A stretch of 64,000 nucleotides of DNA from Eledone cirrhosa (GCA_964016885.1 OZ024740.1:88040001-88104000); one strand, 5' to 3'. Numbered from the stretch's first letter, positions 1 to 13,348 are shown. Numbers and translations are program-made. The notes: generated by a model from the letters alone, not told the origin.

Positions 1-110
1 TATTAGCAATTGGAAAGACCAATGGAAACATTGTTTCCTCGGTCCGATTTGACGAAAGTCGATCGACTGTCGATATGTATAAATATTATGTATGTATGTA
101 TAAAATGTAT

Positions 111-178
111 GTCGATAAAATAAAGTACCAGTAATGCACTGGTAATTGCTGGCCTTGTGCCAAAAGTAGAAATAATTA
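111..178 (+). mobile_element. tRNA-derived SINE, 3' fragment
   Basis: GTCGATAAAATAAAGTACCAGTAATGCACTGG...GGCCTTGTGCCAAAAGTAGAAA matches the 3' part of fuller copies at 12371 and 36783. Confidence 0.8.
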
Positions 179-602
179 TGTATGTATATATGTGTATATA
201 TGTATATAAAAGGTAAACAAAATAACTACACAATCAGTACAGTATATGGAAGGAATATATTAGTTTAACGCTTGGAATAGCAGGAAGAGGGTCTTTACGT
301 TTCGGACGCTCGTCCTCCATCAGAAGATATATATATATGCATTTATATGTATATGTATGCGTGTGTGAGAGTGCATGCGCATATGTATGCGTGTGTGTTT
401 GTCTGTCTGTGTGTGTATAGAGATAATAATCCCTGCGGCCATTAGGTACATTCATAGACATGCAGGCACGTGCCTAATTCTTCAGGTACGCATGATGTGC
501 GAATCCTTGGCCACTTTCGGCTTAGATGGTGATTCTTTTTATTGCTGGTCTTAATTCAGTGATGTTTAATGTATCTAACATACAAACCCATAAAAGAAGC
601 TT

Positions 603-662
<60 letters not shown>

Positions 663-788
663 TAAGAGAGAAAGATAGAGAGAGGAGTGAGAGAGAGGAG
701 GAGAGAGAGAATGATAGAAAGAGAAGCATGAGAGATAAACCGAGCGAGAGAAAGAGATCAAATCAATGTTGAATTTCAGATTTATGAG

Positions 789-822
<34 letters not shown>

Positions 823-1090
823 ATCCTGTCTGCCGGGACCACGAGGCAGTCAGACCCTTAAGTTTCATTTATGGTGATGGCATGTGGAATAAATTTACTT
901 GGAAAATTTTATAACGTAAAATACTGATTGATATTGGTAAATATATATTGTTCACTAAAGCCTTTTGATACCAGACCATCTGAAAATAACATTGGGCATT
1001 TAATAATGTCTCGGTTGCCTGATCCTCAACTTTTACCAAACTCCTCGGCTAACCAGTAAACCGTAATATGTGATATCTATCTATCTATCC

Positions 1091-1910
1091 ACTCTAGGCG
1101 CAGAGGAGGACGAACTGGCCAGTCTGTTCGGTAAGACCTTCCGCCCGGGACCAATGGACAACTTCCAAAAGTCCCTGGCCTGGCAGTGCAAACGAGGAGC
1201 TCTACCAGTTCGAGACAAGCTCTACAGACACGGGCGCCCGAGTAGGGACCCTTCGAAAAAGATCTGTCTGAGATGCGTGCGCGACGAGGAAACCGTCGCA
1301 CACGCATTTGTACACTGCCCGCGATTTACCGACCTGTGGGGATATGTAGAACGACTATTGTCGCGGGTGGGACCGATCCTGTTGACCACCGAGTCCATTG
1401 TCATGATCAAACCGCTACCCTCCTTCAACAACGAAGGAGAGGCGGTTTTCCTATGTGTTATGGCTATGGTGAAAGAGGTTATATGGTGGACGCGGTTAAT
1501 AGGACTGAGGTCAGACACCTTTCTCTCCGGCGAGCAACCGATTCGTTTTTTCAAATATCATTTTCGAAGAAGAATCAGGATGGAGAGAGGTGCTGTACCC
1601 CATCAAATTTTATAAAAGGTGGGTGAATGTGGCAAAGATGGCCCGAGTGGTTGGGCCTTCTCTCTATATAAGCCTGTAGGTTGAGGAAAAAGAGGAAGAG
1701 AGGAAGGGAGTACTCACTCTTGGTGCACCTGGAGATGAGGGTTGTACATTTTTTCGGGGTGTGTACAACCCCTGTGTAACACATCCCCGCTATTGGGGAT
1801 TTCAATTGTTATTTGTTATTGTATTAATAGTTTTATTTTCATATACCTGTATGTAAACTCCCCATTTGTATTTGTCCCCTTCTTTTGTGCCCTTGTGGCT
1901 AATAAAGAAA
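1091..1910 (+). mobile_element. Tx1/L1-clade LINE, 5'-truncated copy (ORF2 C-terminal zinc-finger region + 3' UTR)
   Basis: ORF 1070-1615 aligns by eye to the C-terminus of ORF 29708-33127 (PGPMDNFQKSLAWQC, CxxC..ETVxHA..C, WWTRL). Ends CCCTTGTGGCTAATAAAGAAA. Flanked by (TATC)n on both sides. Confidence 0.92.
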
Positions 1911-1924
1911 TTTATCTCTATGTC

Positions 1925-1994
1925 CATCTATCTGTCTGTATGTCTTTTTCCCCGTCTATCTATCTTTCAATCTATCTATCTATCGGCCCGTCTG

Positions 1995-2066
<72 letters not shown>

Positions 2067-2068
2067 CC
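1925..2068. repeat. (TATC)n microsatellite
   Basis: Direct reading; a short TATC run also lies at 1074-1089. Confidence 0.95.
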
Positions 2069-2354
2069 TAATATATTTAGGCTGATCCAGTAGCCTATTA
2101 TTCAGGATCAACTTAAAGAAACTATTACATTCTACTATAGTATTGAATATATTTTTCCGTTCGTTAAAACCGATCTATACTTATATGTATTTATAAACAC
2201 ACGTACACACGCACGTATACATGCGCGCACCCACATACAAACACACACACAGACACGCACTCATGTACTCACACACACACATATATATATATATATGTAG
2301 AGGGGTATGTGGGTATTTAGGTGCATTGATGTTAATGTGGTAGTGTATTTATTT

Positions 2355-2428
<74 letters not shown>

Positions 2429-2640
2429 GTATATATATACATGCACACACAGACAACACAGACACACGCAGACAACACACACACACACATATATGCATAT
2501 ATGTCCTAGATATGTCTCTAAAAACGACAACCCTTTACTTGAATGGGCCACGGTGTCCAAAACATAACTGTTATGTAACACTTACGACCTCATCAGATAG
2601 CTAATACCTGAACAAAAAGTGTCATGAACATGAACGGCAA

Positions 2641-2823
2641 TAATTGTTTCCACATTTGGCACAAGGCCAGCAATTATCCCAGTGCATTACTGGTACTTTA
2701 TATTATCGACCCCGTAAGGATGAAAGGCAAAGTCAACCTCGGCGGGATTTGAGACCGGAAAGGGACATAACTCTTTGCTGGAAAGCATGGTGTCTCACAC
2801 TACCGATACTGCCAACCCACCGT
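2641..2823 (-). mobile_element. tRNA-derived SINE
   Basis: Reverse complement of the family consensus (CCTTTCATCCTTACGGGTCGATA core, GGCCTTGTGCC tail). Confidence 0.85.
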
Positions 2824-3111
2824 GAATAGCAATAATGATAAAATATAACTTATGCTGTTTCCATTCATTGATATACCACAGGAGGTGTATTGATGAAATT
2901 CTTCCTTCAAGTCCCTGCTGTCCTATGAATTAGGGCAAACAACCTCACAGAATCATCCTAAAGGATGTAAACTACACCTCGTCAATGATTGAAGATAGTT
3001 CCCACGTTACATCCTCCTAGATCTGACCTTGGCTCCACAGGGATCTTCAGGGAGACGCCACACAATCCAGGGGTATTTTTCTCAACTATCATTTATAATG
3101 ATCGATTATTA

Positions 3112-3207
3112 TGACTTTGCCTTTCATCCTTACGGGGTCGATAAAATAAAGTACCAGTAATGCACTGGGTAATTGCTGGCCTTGTGCCTAAAGTAGAAAC
3201 AATTATT
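3112..3207 (+). mobile_element. tRNA-derived SINE, 5'-truncated
   Basis: GACTTTGCCTTTCATCCTTACGGGGTCGATAAAA...GTAGAAACAATTATT. Confidence 0.85.
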
Positions 3208-3336
3208 TTAGTCATTTCTGCTTTGCCACACATACATTTCATACACACACACACTCTCTCTCTCTACCCTATTTCACCCCATCTCCCCGCCTCTCTTCTC
3301 TCCAACACACATTCATACATACATACACACACAAAC

Positions 3337-3370
<34 letters not shown>

Positions 3371-3372
3371 GC

Positions 3373-3430
<58 letters not shown>

Positions 3431-3433
<3 letters not shown>

Positions 3434-3577
3434 AAGTTTGGTAAGGAACCAGGTGGACCATATCGCACCAGAGTACTCGATACTAAGGGTAGTACAGTGG
3501 GTAATAGGAAAAGAGTCAGGACCCCGACGGCTGAGCTCCGGCCGTTTCGACAGCCGTCGACGTCCTGACGCTTTTCT

Positions 3578-3579
<2 letters not shown>
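3431..3579 (-). mobile_element. Short (TA)n-embedded element, family X, with hammerhead 3' half and fold-back end
   Basis: Homologous to 4521-4660 and 55708-55920. Minus strand reads GAAA-CGGC..GAGCTC..GCCG-TC-GGGGTC. 3506-3578 is an imperfect inverted repeat. Confidence 0.75.
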
Positions 3580-3615
<36 letters not shown>

Positions 3616-4127
3616 TAACATATATATGAAATTATAAAATATAGCCTGATAGGCTGAGAGAGAATTGTTATTAACGTGTTTGTACGAGTACAGAAGAACA
3701 TAAACAAGCAAAGCTACAAACAAACAATCACATATTATTGCATTAAATTTGTTTATCATGTGGCAATAATGAAATAAATAAATCTCTTAGTGGAAAACTT
3801 TTCAGTATTCTACTACGGATTATTATTTGTGAACATTTTCCATAAACGCATATATTGTATTTTTTTCCTCTATTTTCGTTGTTGTTATTGTTGTTATTTG
3901 TTCGTTGTGGACGTCATAGGAAAGTGTTAACGAAGTTAACCAGCCATTGCTGAGCTTGCGAATGATCATAAAATTGTCATTTAAACGTGAAAACTATTGA
4001 CTTCCTGTCATCTTTACCGGTGACAGACGAGCTAGCAATTGTTTTACTTTGAACTGGGTGGGAAGAAGGGATCGACATATCGAGATAGAGATTAGAGAGT
4101 GGATAGAGTAATAGAGAAAACAATAAA

Positions 4128-4180
<53 letters not shown>

Positions 4181-4483
4181 ATAGAGAGCGAGAGAGGGAG
4201 AGCGAGTGAGATAGAGAGTGAGAGAGAGGAGATGTGTAAAAAAAAAGAAGTTAGTTTGATAGAAACAAAGACGGAGTCTCAAGATGGCATAACAAGAGGG
4301 ATAGTGTGAGTAAAATTTTAAAATGGGAGGAGGAAACGAAAGAGAATAACTATAGCGATCAGATGCACAGAGAAAGGGATATATATATATATATATATAT
4401 AAAATACAATATGTTGAAAAGGTAACACACCAGAGAGAGATATACAGTGCGTATCACGAGGGCCTATGCCTCCGTTAATTTAT

Positions 4484-4520
<37 letters not shown>

Positions 4521-4523
<3 letters not shown>

Positions 4524-4657
4524 CGAAGGAAGTGTGGTAAGGAACCAGATGGACCATAACGTACCAGAGTACTCAATACTTAGGGTAGTAGAGTGGGTAA
4601 TAGGAAAATGTTCAATCCCGACGGCAGAGCTCAAGCCGTTTCGACGGCTATTTCTGT

Positions 4658-4660
<3 letters not shown>
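4521..4660 (-). mobile_element. Short (TA)n-embedded element, family X
   Basis: Reverse complement closely matches 55780-55920; (TA)n on both sides. Confidence 0.8.
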
Positions 4661-4713
<53 letters not shown>

Positions 4714-5189
4714 TCAATGATATACCACGGGGATAACACGGGCGGGGAAGACGGAGAGGAAAAGAGATTAAGAGACAGAGAGAGCCAGAGAGAGGATGAT
4801 ACATATACACACACACACACACACAGAAAGAGAGAGGGGAGAGAGAGAAAGAAAGGAGTTAGGTGTATAATGCAGAGTAGAAAAGTGAGATAAGGCATCA
4901 GGGTGTGTGTTAGTGGTAATAATAAAAGTAATGTTGTTCGTTGCTGTGGCGAAAGGCGAGGAGGCGGGGGGGGGGGGGGGTCGATAGTAATATCGCTTGA
5001 TTGGTTTCTCAGAATTTACAATTTGAGGAAACAAACAAATATTTAAAACACCAAAATGTGTCAATGGGAATTTTTAATGATGGAAACTAAAAAAAAAAAA
5101 TCCCACATAACAAAAACGAACAAAACAACAAAAACATAATACATTTAACAAAAACATATAACATACAACATAATATAATATTTAAACCG

Positions 5190-5770
5190 ATTGGCGACAC
5201 TGACGTTGAGAGATAAAACTCGATGATGATTGTGGTGATTATGGTGATGATAACGATGATGATGATGATAAGGATGAATGTGTTGGAGGTGATGAAGATG
5301 ATGGTGGTGGTGCTAATGATGATTACGACACTGATAACATAATTACACACGATTAAGATGATGGTGATGAAAATGGTGCTGGTGATGTTAATAGTGATAA
5401 TAATGACGATGATAATAAAACAAGATGATAATGGTATGATAATGATAATGACGGAAATGACAGAGCACGCAACGATAGTAATGACGGCGGTTATTGTTGT
5501 TGTTGTTGTTGTTATTATTACTATTATTATTACTATTATTATTGTTATTATTGTTATTTTTGTTATTATTATTTTTAATATTATTCTTATTATTACACTG
5601 ATAATGGCATACAGCGATGATGGCAATGGTGATGAAGGTGGTGGAGGTGATGGTGGTGAAGATGATGATAGTGATAAAGATAATGATGATGATGATGATT
5701 GTGTTGATAATGACGTAAAAGATAAAAATAATCAGTGTTGTTGGTGATGCTGCTGCTGCTGATGATGATG
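5190..5770. repeat. Degenerate trinucleotide low-complexity region (GAT/GGT/GTT/ATT)
   Basis: Direct reading; accounts for the poly-I/V/D ORFs. Confidence 0.9.
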
Positions 5771-6565
5771 GTTACAAGTGTAGCCACTGGGAAGGAAGAT
5801 AAAACAAAAGAAAAAGCATTAGACAAACAAAGTTCAACAATCCCAACCACAGCATCAACAAGAGGCACGCTAAGAAAACCAACAAAAAACAGAATAAAAA
5901 ACAACACCATCACGTAGAAGAATATCGACTACAAACACTGGAACAAAAGAATACAAAAACTACAAACAAAAAAATACATACGAAACCCTCAACTACGCAT
6001 TCTTCCTAAAAGAAAAAAAGTTAAAAAAGTTAATGGAATTCGTACAAATGAACAAAAATATATTTATTTTAGACAAGGACTTGTATGAGGCAATTGTCTT
6101 CAGAATACCGCAAGGAAGAGTGTCACTGCGGACAACATTTGAGAGGTATCCGTCCAGCAGAGTCATCTAGAATAAGGAGAAAACATCACTGCACAAAATA
6201 TTTTTAAAATATCGTTAATTCGAAGTCATAGTTGTGTGGTTCAATCACCGGATAGAGTGGCACTATTCAGCTGATAAAGTAATTCTCAGCAGCAGAAGCA
6301 GCAGCATGAGAATGGTATGCATGTACAGGGATAGGCATCCATTCTAGGAGCACTTGCAATTGTTTAACGCTTCATAGAACCGTGAAAGAGACATCTAATT
6401 TTAGATGGGCTGAAGGAAAAATACTGACGAGGGAAAGGGGGGATTTAAATTAAGAATTATTTTGCCTTTTTAAGCATTCTATGACATTTGTATATGTGCA
6501 GAATTGAATAAACTAAAAAGAAAAAAGGCCGAGTGGGAAATATCACTCAGAACCAAACAAAACTA

Positions 6566-8426
6566 CCGTGTTTCCCCCATTATAAGCCACCCTCGAAAAT
6601 AAGCCGTAGCACTATATTTCAGGATGGATTTAATATAAGCCATGCCCCGAAAATAAGCCGTAGCAAAAATGAACGCCAAAAGAGAGAAATGGCCAGCTAT
6701 GGAAATTGGCGCAATCAGCCATTATAGAACAGGATTGTATCTTAATGTAAAACTAACTGATAAGCGGGTGTATAAGAAGTTTGTGGAATGTGCAGAAGTG
6801 AAAAAATTGATAATGAAATTAACGAAAAGAAAGGGGGAAGTGCGTGCAATCAATATTGGTTATGCAAATGCGGGTACAAACAGGAAGTAATGGCTTATCA
6901 GTAACTTCAGGGGAGAAGATCATTTTCAGCCCCAGACAAGATGAAAAGAAGGAAGAGTTATACAGTCGAGTACAAGAAAGGAATTGTGGAGGAATCACTG
7001 GGCAAGAATCATACTATATTCTGCTAAGAAAAGAATCTGGATCTCCGAATGGTTCAAAGATGGAGAATGGACTACGATAAACTCAGTGAGGACATGGACG
7101 AGGGAAATGCAAAGAAACGTAAGCGTAGATCTGGTGGAAAACCGATATTTCTTGAGCTGGAAGACGCCACCTGTGAATGGATTGCTGAAAGAAGAGGCAG
7201 AGCTTTGGTTGTTCACAGGGCTGATATTCAAACATTTGCCCTTACAAATGCACTTGAGAAGATCGACAACACTGTTCAAACTGGACGATATTGAGATTAT
7301 TAAACGTGCACTCGCATTTAAGTCTTTTGTTGATGGAATAGACTTTTCTAAATACTGTCTCTCCAACATGATTGCTATGGATGAAACAGCAGTATTCATG
7401 GGTCAAAGCTCTCAATCTACAATTGATCAAAGGGGTGCGTCGTCAATTTACATTCCATCCACTGGTTACAAAAGTGTACAAGTTACGTGTATCTTGGCAA
7501 TTCATCTCGACGGAAGCAAAGCCCCCACCTCTTATCATCATTAAAGGCAAGAAAGATGAAATTGAACGAGTTTCAGGTATCTGTGTTCTGGAAACTGAAA
7601 AGGCGTGGTGCACACAGGGAGTTTTAAGGAAGTGGGTCGATTTCATGCTGGCATTGATTTTGCGTGGAACCCAAAGAAGTCTCATAGTCTTGGATTCAGC
7701 CAGCACGCACCGCGCCAAAGATATGAAGAACTTTCTTGCAGAAAGAAGAATCGATCAAATCATGATTCCCGCAGGAATGACCGCCTATCTCCAGACTCTT
7801 GACATCGCACTGAATAAACCATTCAAGGACCATCTCTGCATGGAAATAAATGACTACATCGAAAACAGAATGGCGAGAAATGAGAGGGGAAATTTCGTGA
7901 AGCCCAGCCTTCAAGAGATGGTGACTTGGGTGGGAAATTCATGGAACAAAATCACAGAAAGCGGTGTTAAGAATACACTACGAGCAGGCTATCTGGATAA
8001 GAACTCTCCATTCAATTCGACCTCTATCGATCGACATGAAAGACTAGGGACGAAAATTCTGCAGGCAATTGAGTCACAAGAAAATTCCACAGGAATCATT
8101 GAATCCACTGATTTGGAAAACAATGACATTCCAGAGTAGGATGACATGATTATTTTTGAATAAATTAGTGGATTATTTCGCTCATGAATTTTTGAATTAA
8201 AAGTGTGTTAATTTTTAATAAATTTGATGATCTTTCAAGTAAACGTTGCGCGTAAATGCCGATTGTCTTTTCGTAATTTCCAATGATTTAGCGAATTTGT
8301 AATTTTCAGTTTCGTAGTGTCGTTTTTTTTTCGGTATATGAACCCCCTCCCACCAAAATAAGCCGTAGTGGTACATTTCGGAGTAAAAATTAATATAAGC
8401 CATGGCTTATAATCGGGGAAACACGG
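6566..8426 (+). mobile_element. pogo/Tigger-like DNA transposon (Tc1/mariner superfamily)
   Basis: TIRs CCGTGTTTCCCC..ATTATAAGCC / GGCTTATAATCGGGGAAACACGG, TA on both flanks (6564-65, 8427-28), subterminal AAAATAAGCC repeats. Confidence 0.93.
6941..8139 (+). pseudogene. pogo-family DDD transposase, frameshifted
   Basis: MKRRKSYTVEYK N-terminal HTH-like start, IAMDETAV, LIVLDSASTH and IPAGMTAYLQTLDIALNKPFK motifs, split over several frames. Confidence 0.9.
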
Positions 8427-8479
8427 TATATAACTATTCAAGATCGACGTGTCATCACAAGAGCTCCGAAGAAGAGTAG

Positions 8480-11400
8480 CTGAAGAAGGGTAAGTGACTT
8501 GCCGCCTTTTCTTTTTGCTTCTTCTGCTCTTTTAATGCATTACTCAAATGAGGTGGCATAAATACACATGACCTGGCCTCAACGTATATCGGTGTCACCT
8601 GCTAAACGACCTAAGGTTACATCGTCTGGATGTAGTAGACATTAGCGAAACCATGGTCTCCCAGGCTCCCTCGTTCGCCCCTAAACGACTATACTATGAA
8701 TGCATTTTCCGTTTGGACAGGATCGGGTAGTGTAGTTTTGCTGTTTCGGAAAGGTATGGGTGTAGAAATAAGATTAATTTTACCAGATCTGGATGGAAGA
8801 TCGGTGAATTTAGACGTGAGAAACAGAAAAGGCGACGGATGTGTCTTTTGACAAGTGGAAATGAACGCCTCGAAAAGAGTAGGGCAACCAAACTTCTATA
8901 GATGCATAGAGACGTTCCCTAGAACATTCCGCTCATTAGTACTTGCAGGTGGTTGAAACAGCTTTATGGTGGTGTGGGGGTGGGGGATTGGGGTGGCTGG
9001 TGACTGATACGTACGAAAGTCTCATCAACTTTCAACAAGTTATACCTCTAATTACTTAACGTTTCAATGTAAATTTGGATAAATCACAGCAAGTGATTCA
9101 GGTCGTATTTCAATAAAGTTTTGATTAGGTTAGCATCGGAAAAATAATATAAGTTGCGCACAACATTTGATGCTTGGCTACGCAGATTTCAAATTTATGA
9201 CTGTACAGACAAACAGACAGAGACCCGGTTACTTGATCAGCAAACTAGTTAAGCTGGAACTGACGGGGTTCATAATAAATAAAAGACTATTGGTTTCCCT
9301 AAAGTGAAGAATAAAATTTGCTTTAGTTAGTTTTAGCAATGGCAAAACCAGAGAGAACTGTTGTGTAAAGAAAAGATTTGATAAATTACTCAGAATGCGT
9401 GTAGAGAGGAGACATTGTAACGATATGTTAACAGTAAAAATGACACTCGATCATTTCGTCACGAAACACAACGATGCTTGGTTCGCGCTTGGGTATGTAC
9501 GCTGAGTTATAATCAGGAGATTTGAAATCTGTCCGATCGGCTCAGACATTTGAAGTGCAAGGTGGCAACTAGCCCAAGATTAGATTTCTGGCATACTGCA
9601 GCGGGTGAGTATTATCCAACCCTAGCCTAATGGGTGTTGTTTTTTAGCAGGACTTTACTGAACTTTTCACAAGGAGCGACGAATTGGAGACAATGGATGG
9701 ATTTTGATGCATACTGCACTGATCTGCTGATACTTTTGATTAGAGAGGCAGGGTGGTGCGATAAACCAGACGAAGTAGCGGACGACGTAATGAGCCACTA
9801 TGCGAGGGAAGAAAATCACTCTGTCGGGATGATTTGCTATACCAGCGATATTTTCAAATGCCAGAATTGTTCGCTATTGTCTTTGTCGTCGTCTACTGCA
9901 ACCGAAAGCAGACTGGAAGCATTCCTTGTCGTTTGAGTCCAGAAGAGGTGAACTTGATGAGAATGGATCTAAACGAGGGAGACACAATTGAACATTTCAG
10001 GACCTCAACTTTACTTAACACAGTTAAAAACTTTGTCAAATGAGCTAGCCAAGAGGTTGGTGTTTGTCATTTGTAGCGTCGAGAGATCCTTGACATATCC
10101 CACAACCACCCACCTCATGCAATACAACGAGATTATATCCGACTTCGATAGGATATCATAAAATTTAGACCAGTTCAAAGCATGTAACAGGGTTGACATT
10201 CTCTACCTGGAAACTGTCTGAAGAATAGTCGGTTTCGGTCCCGCTTTTTGCGGCTGGATTGCCACGATAAACAGCGACATCTGTTTTGTGGTCAAATTAA
10301 ACAGCCTCTCATCGAAACCGTTCATCATCGTACGCTTTGCTTGTCAGGTATGACATCTTTTTTCTCTCTTCTTTGTCTTGACTCTAGAACCTTTACAGAG
10401 GAAGATGGAATCTGTAAAAGGCATTCCACTCAGACGTGGACCACAAGTGGACTGTGAAAACCTACACCAAGGACATCACCATCATGGTGTCAGACACGTC
10501 GGATTAAAAACTGATAGGTGCTATACTGGATAAATACTTGGTGATAGATCTCTGCATAAATCGCGACAATTCGGTAGGTTGAAGCTTGGCACGTGTAAGG
10601 GTAAGTACAAATTGCCCTGCGGCAATTTCTGTCATTGCATAGAGTCTAAAGTCTAAAGTCTGTCTTAAGCCCGAAGGCTCATTTGGCCGGTGCTTATCCC
10701 GGTTTCATGGCGTGAAGCGACTGAGAGTACAAGACACCCCCTGGACAGGACGCCAGTCCATCGCAAGGTTAAACCCCCAGCTATTGCTGGTACTCATTTT
10801 CAGCTGAGTATACTGGAGCAACGGTGAAATGAAATGTTTTGCTCAAGAACACAACACGCAACCCAGGAATCGAGCCCACGACATTATGAACGTAAGTCCA
10901 ACACCCTTACCACTAGGTCACGTGGCTCCACTTATTGCACAGAGGCTCCGGTTAAATTACTCAGGGTCCGGTTTGGACAGAATTTTCAGGTGGGAAGAAC
11001 TGGGAATGGCCAGTTTCACTCAGAAATGAACTAAGAGAAAGCTATCTCTGAACGGTCGGATGAAGTGGAAAATGTCTACTTCACCTCTGTAGTGTGCATC
11101 CTGACGGTCGTATCTTGTAACAACACACATCCGACCAATTTGAAACGTATACTTTCCCGTTTCATGTTGACACTGCGCAGGTATACTATCTGTTGCCAAC
11201 ACTCATTCTGTGTAGGTCGCGAAATCCCAAGCAGACATGTGCGGCTTTTCAGCATTGCTCGCTCAAATGTTTCTGAGCAGTGGTGGGCTGATTACGAGAT
11301 GGAATTTAGTCTCTACCACGATGGCCTAACGCGGGTCTCAGTCACATAGAAGGTGAGTTACGAAAAGGCAATAACATCCACTTTAATACGGGAGGCAATG

Positions 11401-11650
11401 TGTATCTGCACGAAGCGTAAATCGCCTGGTTTGGTTGCTCTACCCTACGAGCTTTACGCTTACATGTCAGACTTGTTCGTTGACCTCTTAACTGACGTCT
11501 ACTGCAGCTGACAGCAGAACGGGAAAATTTCTACTTCTGTGAGCTGACGAGTGGTGGCTCTGCTGAGAAAAGACCCGAGTAAGGCGAATTATATTCATAA
11601 TTTTAGGCTCATAACTCTTCGTAATACAGTGTTTAAAATCTTATTAAAGT
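8480..11650 (+). mobile_element. Old degenerate Tx1-like LINE ORF2 relic(s)
   Basis: Patches match ORF2 of the 29708 element: CACCTGCTAAACGACCT (HLLNDL, ~8596), LAKRL region ~10040, TQKW/KLSL region ~11020, and a second GKSPG..DVYC..QQNG..NFR block at 11415-11640. Confidence 0.75.
10644..10929 (-). mobile_element. tRNA-derived SINE of a second family (CORE/V-like body, short tandem GACTTTA tail)
   Basis: Minus strand has A-box GTGACCTAGTGG and B-box-like GGCTCGATTCC, then GCGATGGACTGGCGTCCTGTCCAGGGG (recalled as V-SINE-like), ending (GACTTTA)2. Confidence 0.75.
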
Positions 11651-12370
11651 GTCCACTCTGTTGCAAACATTAGGGTCAATTTCCATTTTGAAGATGCCTT
11701 CTTCTCCCTCCATTCAATAAGTTTCACAAGCCCAATAAGGTTAACAAGTATTTCTCTAGCCCCTCTACATATCCTAGATGTATTATTTGGAACCCTCGGT
11801 TATTAAATGCTAGCATAGAGAACACAGCATGTATTTTATTTGAATATAATTCAGACACAGTGTTTTCTACAGTGTGAAGCGATCGGTGAATTCGATATTA
11901 TGTTTATACTAATATAACATATATTGTAATTCGAGTGATCACAGCAGTAAGATAATATTCGGATTTAATCGGAAGGAAAACCTAAAAAAAAAGAAAACGC
12001 ACAAAACACCCTAATCAAATCAAACACAATGACTACATGCTTCTGTTACCGAACAATACACTCATAAAACGAAGTTATTTATTCACAGCATATATTAATA
12101 TATAAATACATAAGTAGGAGCCAGACTATATAGCTTCATAATATATTCCATCACAAAATTTGAAGGTGCAGATTATACACTAGGAAAATCAGACGAATGA
12201 CCTAGCAAATTCTTATTTTTCACAGCTTCAAATAAATGATTTAATTCTAGATGCTTGTTCTCTCTTCCCACCCTCTCTGTCTAACACCCCATTACAAATA
12301 TATATATATATATATATATATAGGATAAGGAAAAGCGAAGTAGTTTCAGATGTTCAAGTCCTTTAATAAT

Positions 12371-12554
12371 TGTTTCTACTTTAGGCACAAGGCCAGCAAT
12401 TACCCAGTGCATTACTGGTACTTATTTTATCGACCCCGTAAGGATGAAAGGCAAAGTCAACCTCGGCGGGATTTGAACTCAGATCGTAAAGGGACGTAAC
12501 TATGCTGGAAAGCATGGCGTCCGACCCTCTACCGATACTGCCAATCCACCACCG
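12371..12554 (-). mobile_element. Full-length tRNA-derived SINE with 16-bp TSD
   Basis: TSD CAAGTCCTTTAATAAT at 12355-12370 and 12555-12570; B-box GAGTTCAAATCCC on the minus strand. Confidence 0.93.
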
Positions 12555-12573
12555 CAAGTCCTTTAATAATAAT

Positions 12574-12647
12574 GCTGTGATATATATTTCAATGACGACA
12601 CTGGCCACACTGTTCTGTGTGCGAGTGTCGTGTCATCATCAGACAGC
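12574..12647 (-). ncRNA. Type-I hammerhead ribozyme motif
   Basis: GCTGT-CTGATGA-[TGAC..GACACT..CACAC..GTGTG..AGTGTC-GTCA]TT-GAAA-TATATA-TC-ACAGC; stem I GCTGT/ACAGC; palindromic stem III. Confidence 0.8.
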
Positions 12648-13071
12648 TTGTTACATAATAAGGTTATGTTTCCGAGGCAATCCAAATTGAATCGACATGG
12701 GAACGGATGAAGTTCGTGCTTTTGGGTTTTTCATCCGTTCCCTTGAGTACCAATTCACCCCCACCGGTCTGCGCAAGCGCATGTCCGAAGGAAGTTGACC
12801 ATTAGCCACCGCAGATTTCAACGAAATTTGCTTAGTCAGTTCACCCTCTCAGCCAAACAATGGCCCACCTATGCCCTCCAAAGTTTACTGCTACCCATCA
12901 CGACTGTGGCAGTCAGCCGAAAGCCAGAGGGGATGGGAGGGTGTTAGTTTTTATAGGTCATAATACTACCTCTCACTAAGCGTTGACAGTACGACTGACC
13001 ATCAACTCACAAGGGAAAATAAACTTAATTCTAGGTATCATGGTTTTACATTGGAAGTTATTATGTAACAA

Positions 13072-13145
13072 GCTGTCTGATAATGACACGACACTCGCAC
13101 ACAGAACAGTGTGGCCAGTGTCGTCATTCAAATATATATCACAGC
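13072..13145 (+). ncRNA. Hammerhead copy with mutated core
   Basis: Same sequence as 12574-12647 but CTGATAA (G8A) and CAAA (G12C). Confidence 0.7.
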
Positions 13146-13270
13146 ATTATTATTAAAGGACTTGAAGATCTGAAACTACTTCGCTTTTCCTTATTCGATA
13201 TTTACTCCGTCACTCCTATGTGGAAAAAGTACGTTGAGTACTTGAATTGAATTGCATCAATGTTTACCCT

Positions 13271-13319
<49 letters not shown>

Positions 13320-13348
13320 TTTATATATATATACACATACACATGTAC

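Larger units (their letters stand above)
12321..13195. mobile_element. Non-coding element with ~135-bp inverted arms, each carrying a hammerhead (inverted pseudo-LTR-like)
   Basis: 12325-12370 plus 12571-12659 is the reverse complement of 13059-13194; (TA)n nearby on both sides. Confidence 0.85.

Noticed and set aside
2545-2600. CTGATGA plus a long hairpin on minus
   Set aside because: No GAAA, stem III or stem I partner; at most a truncated half
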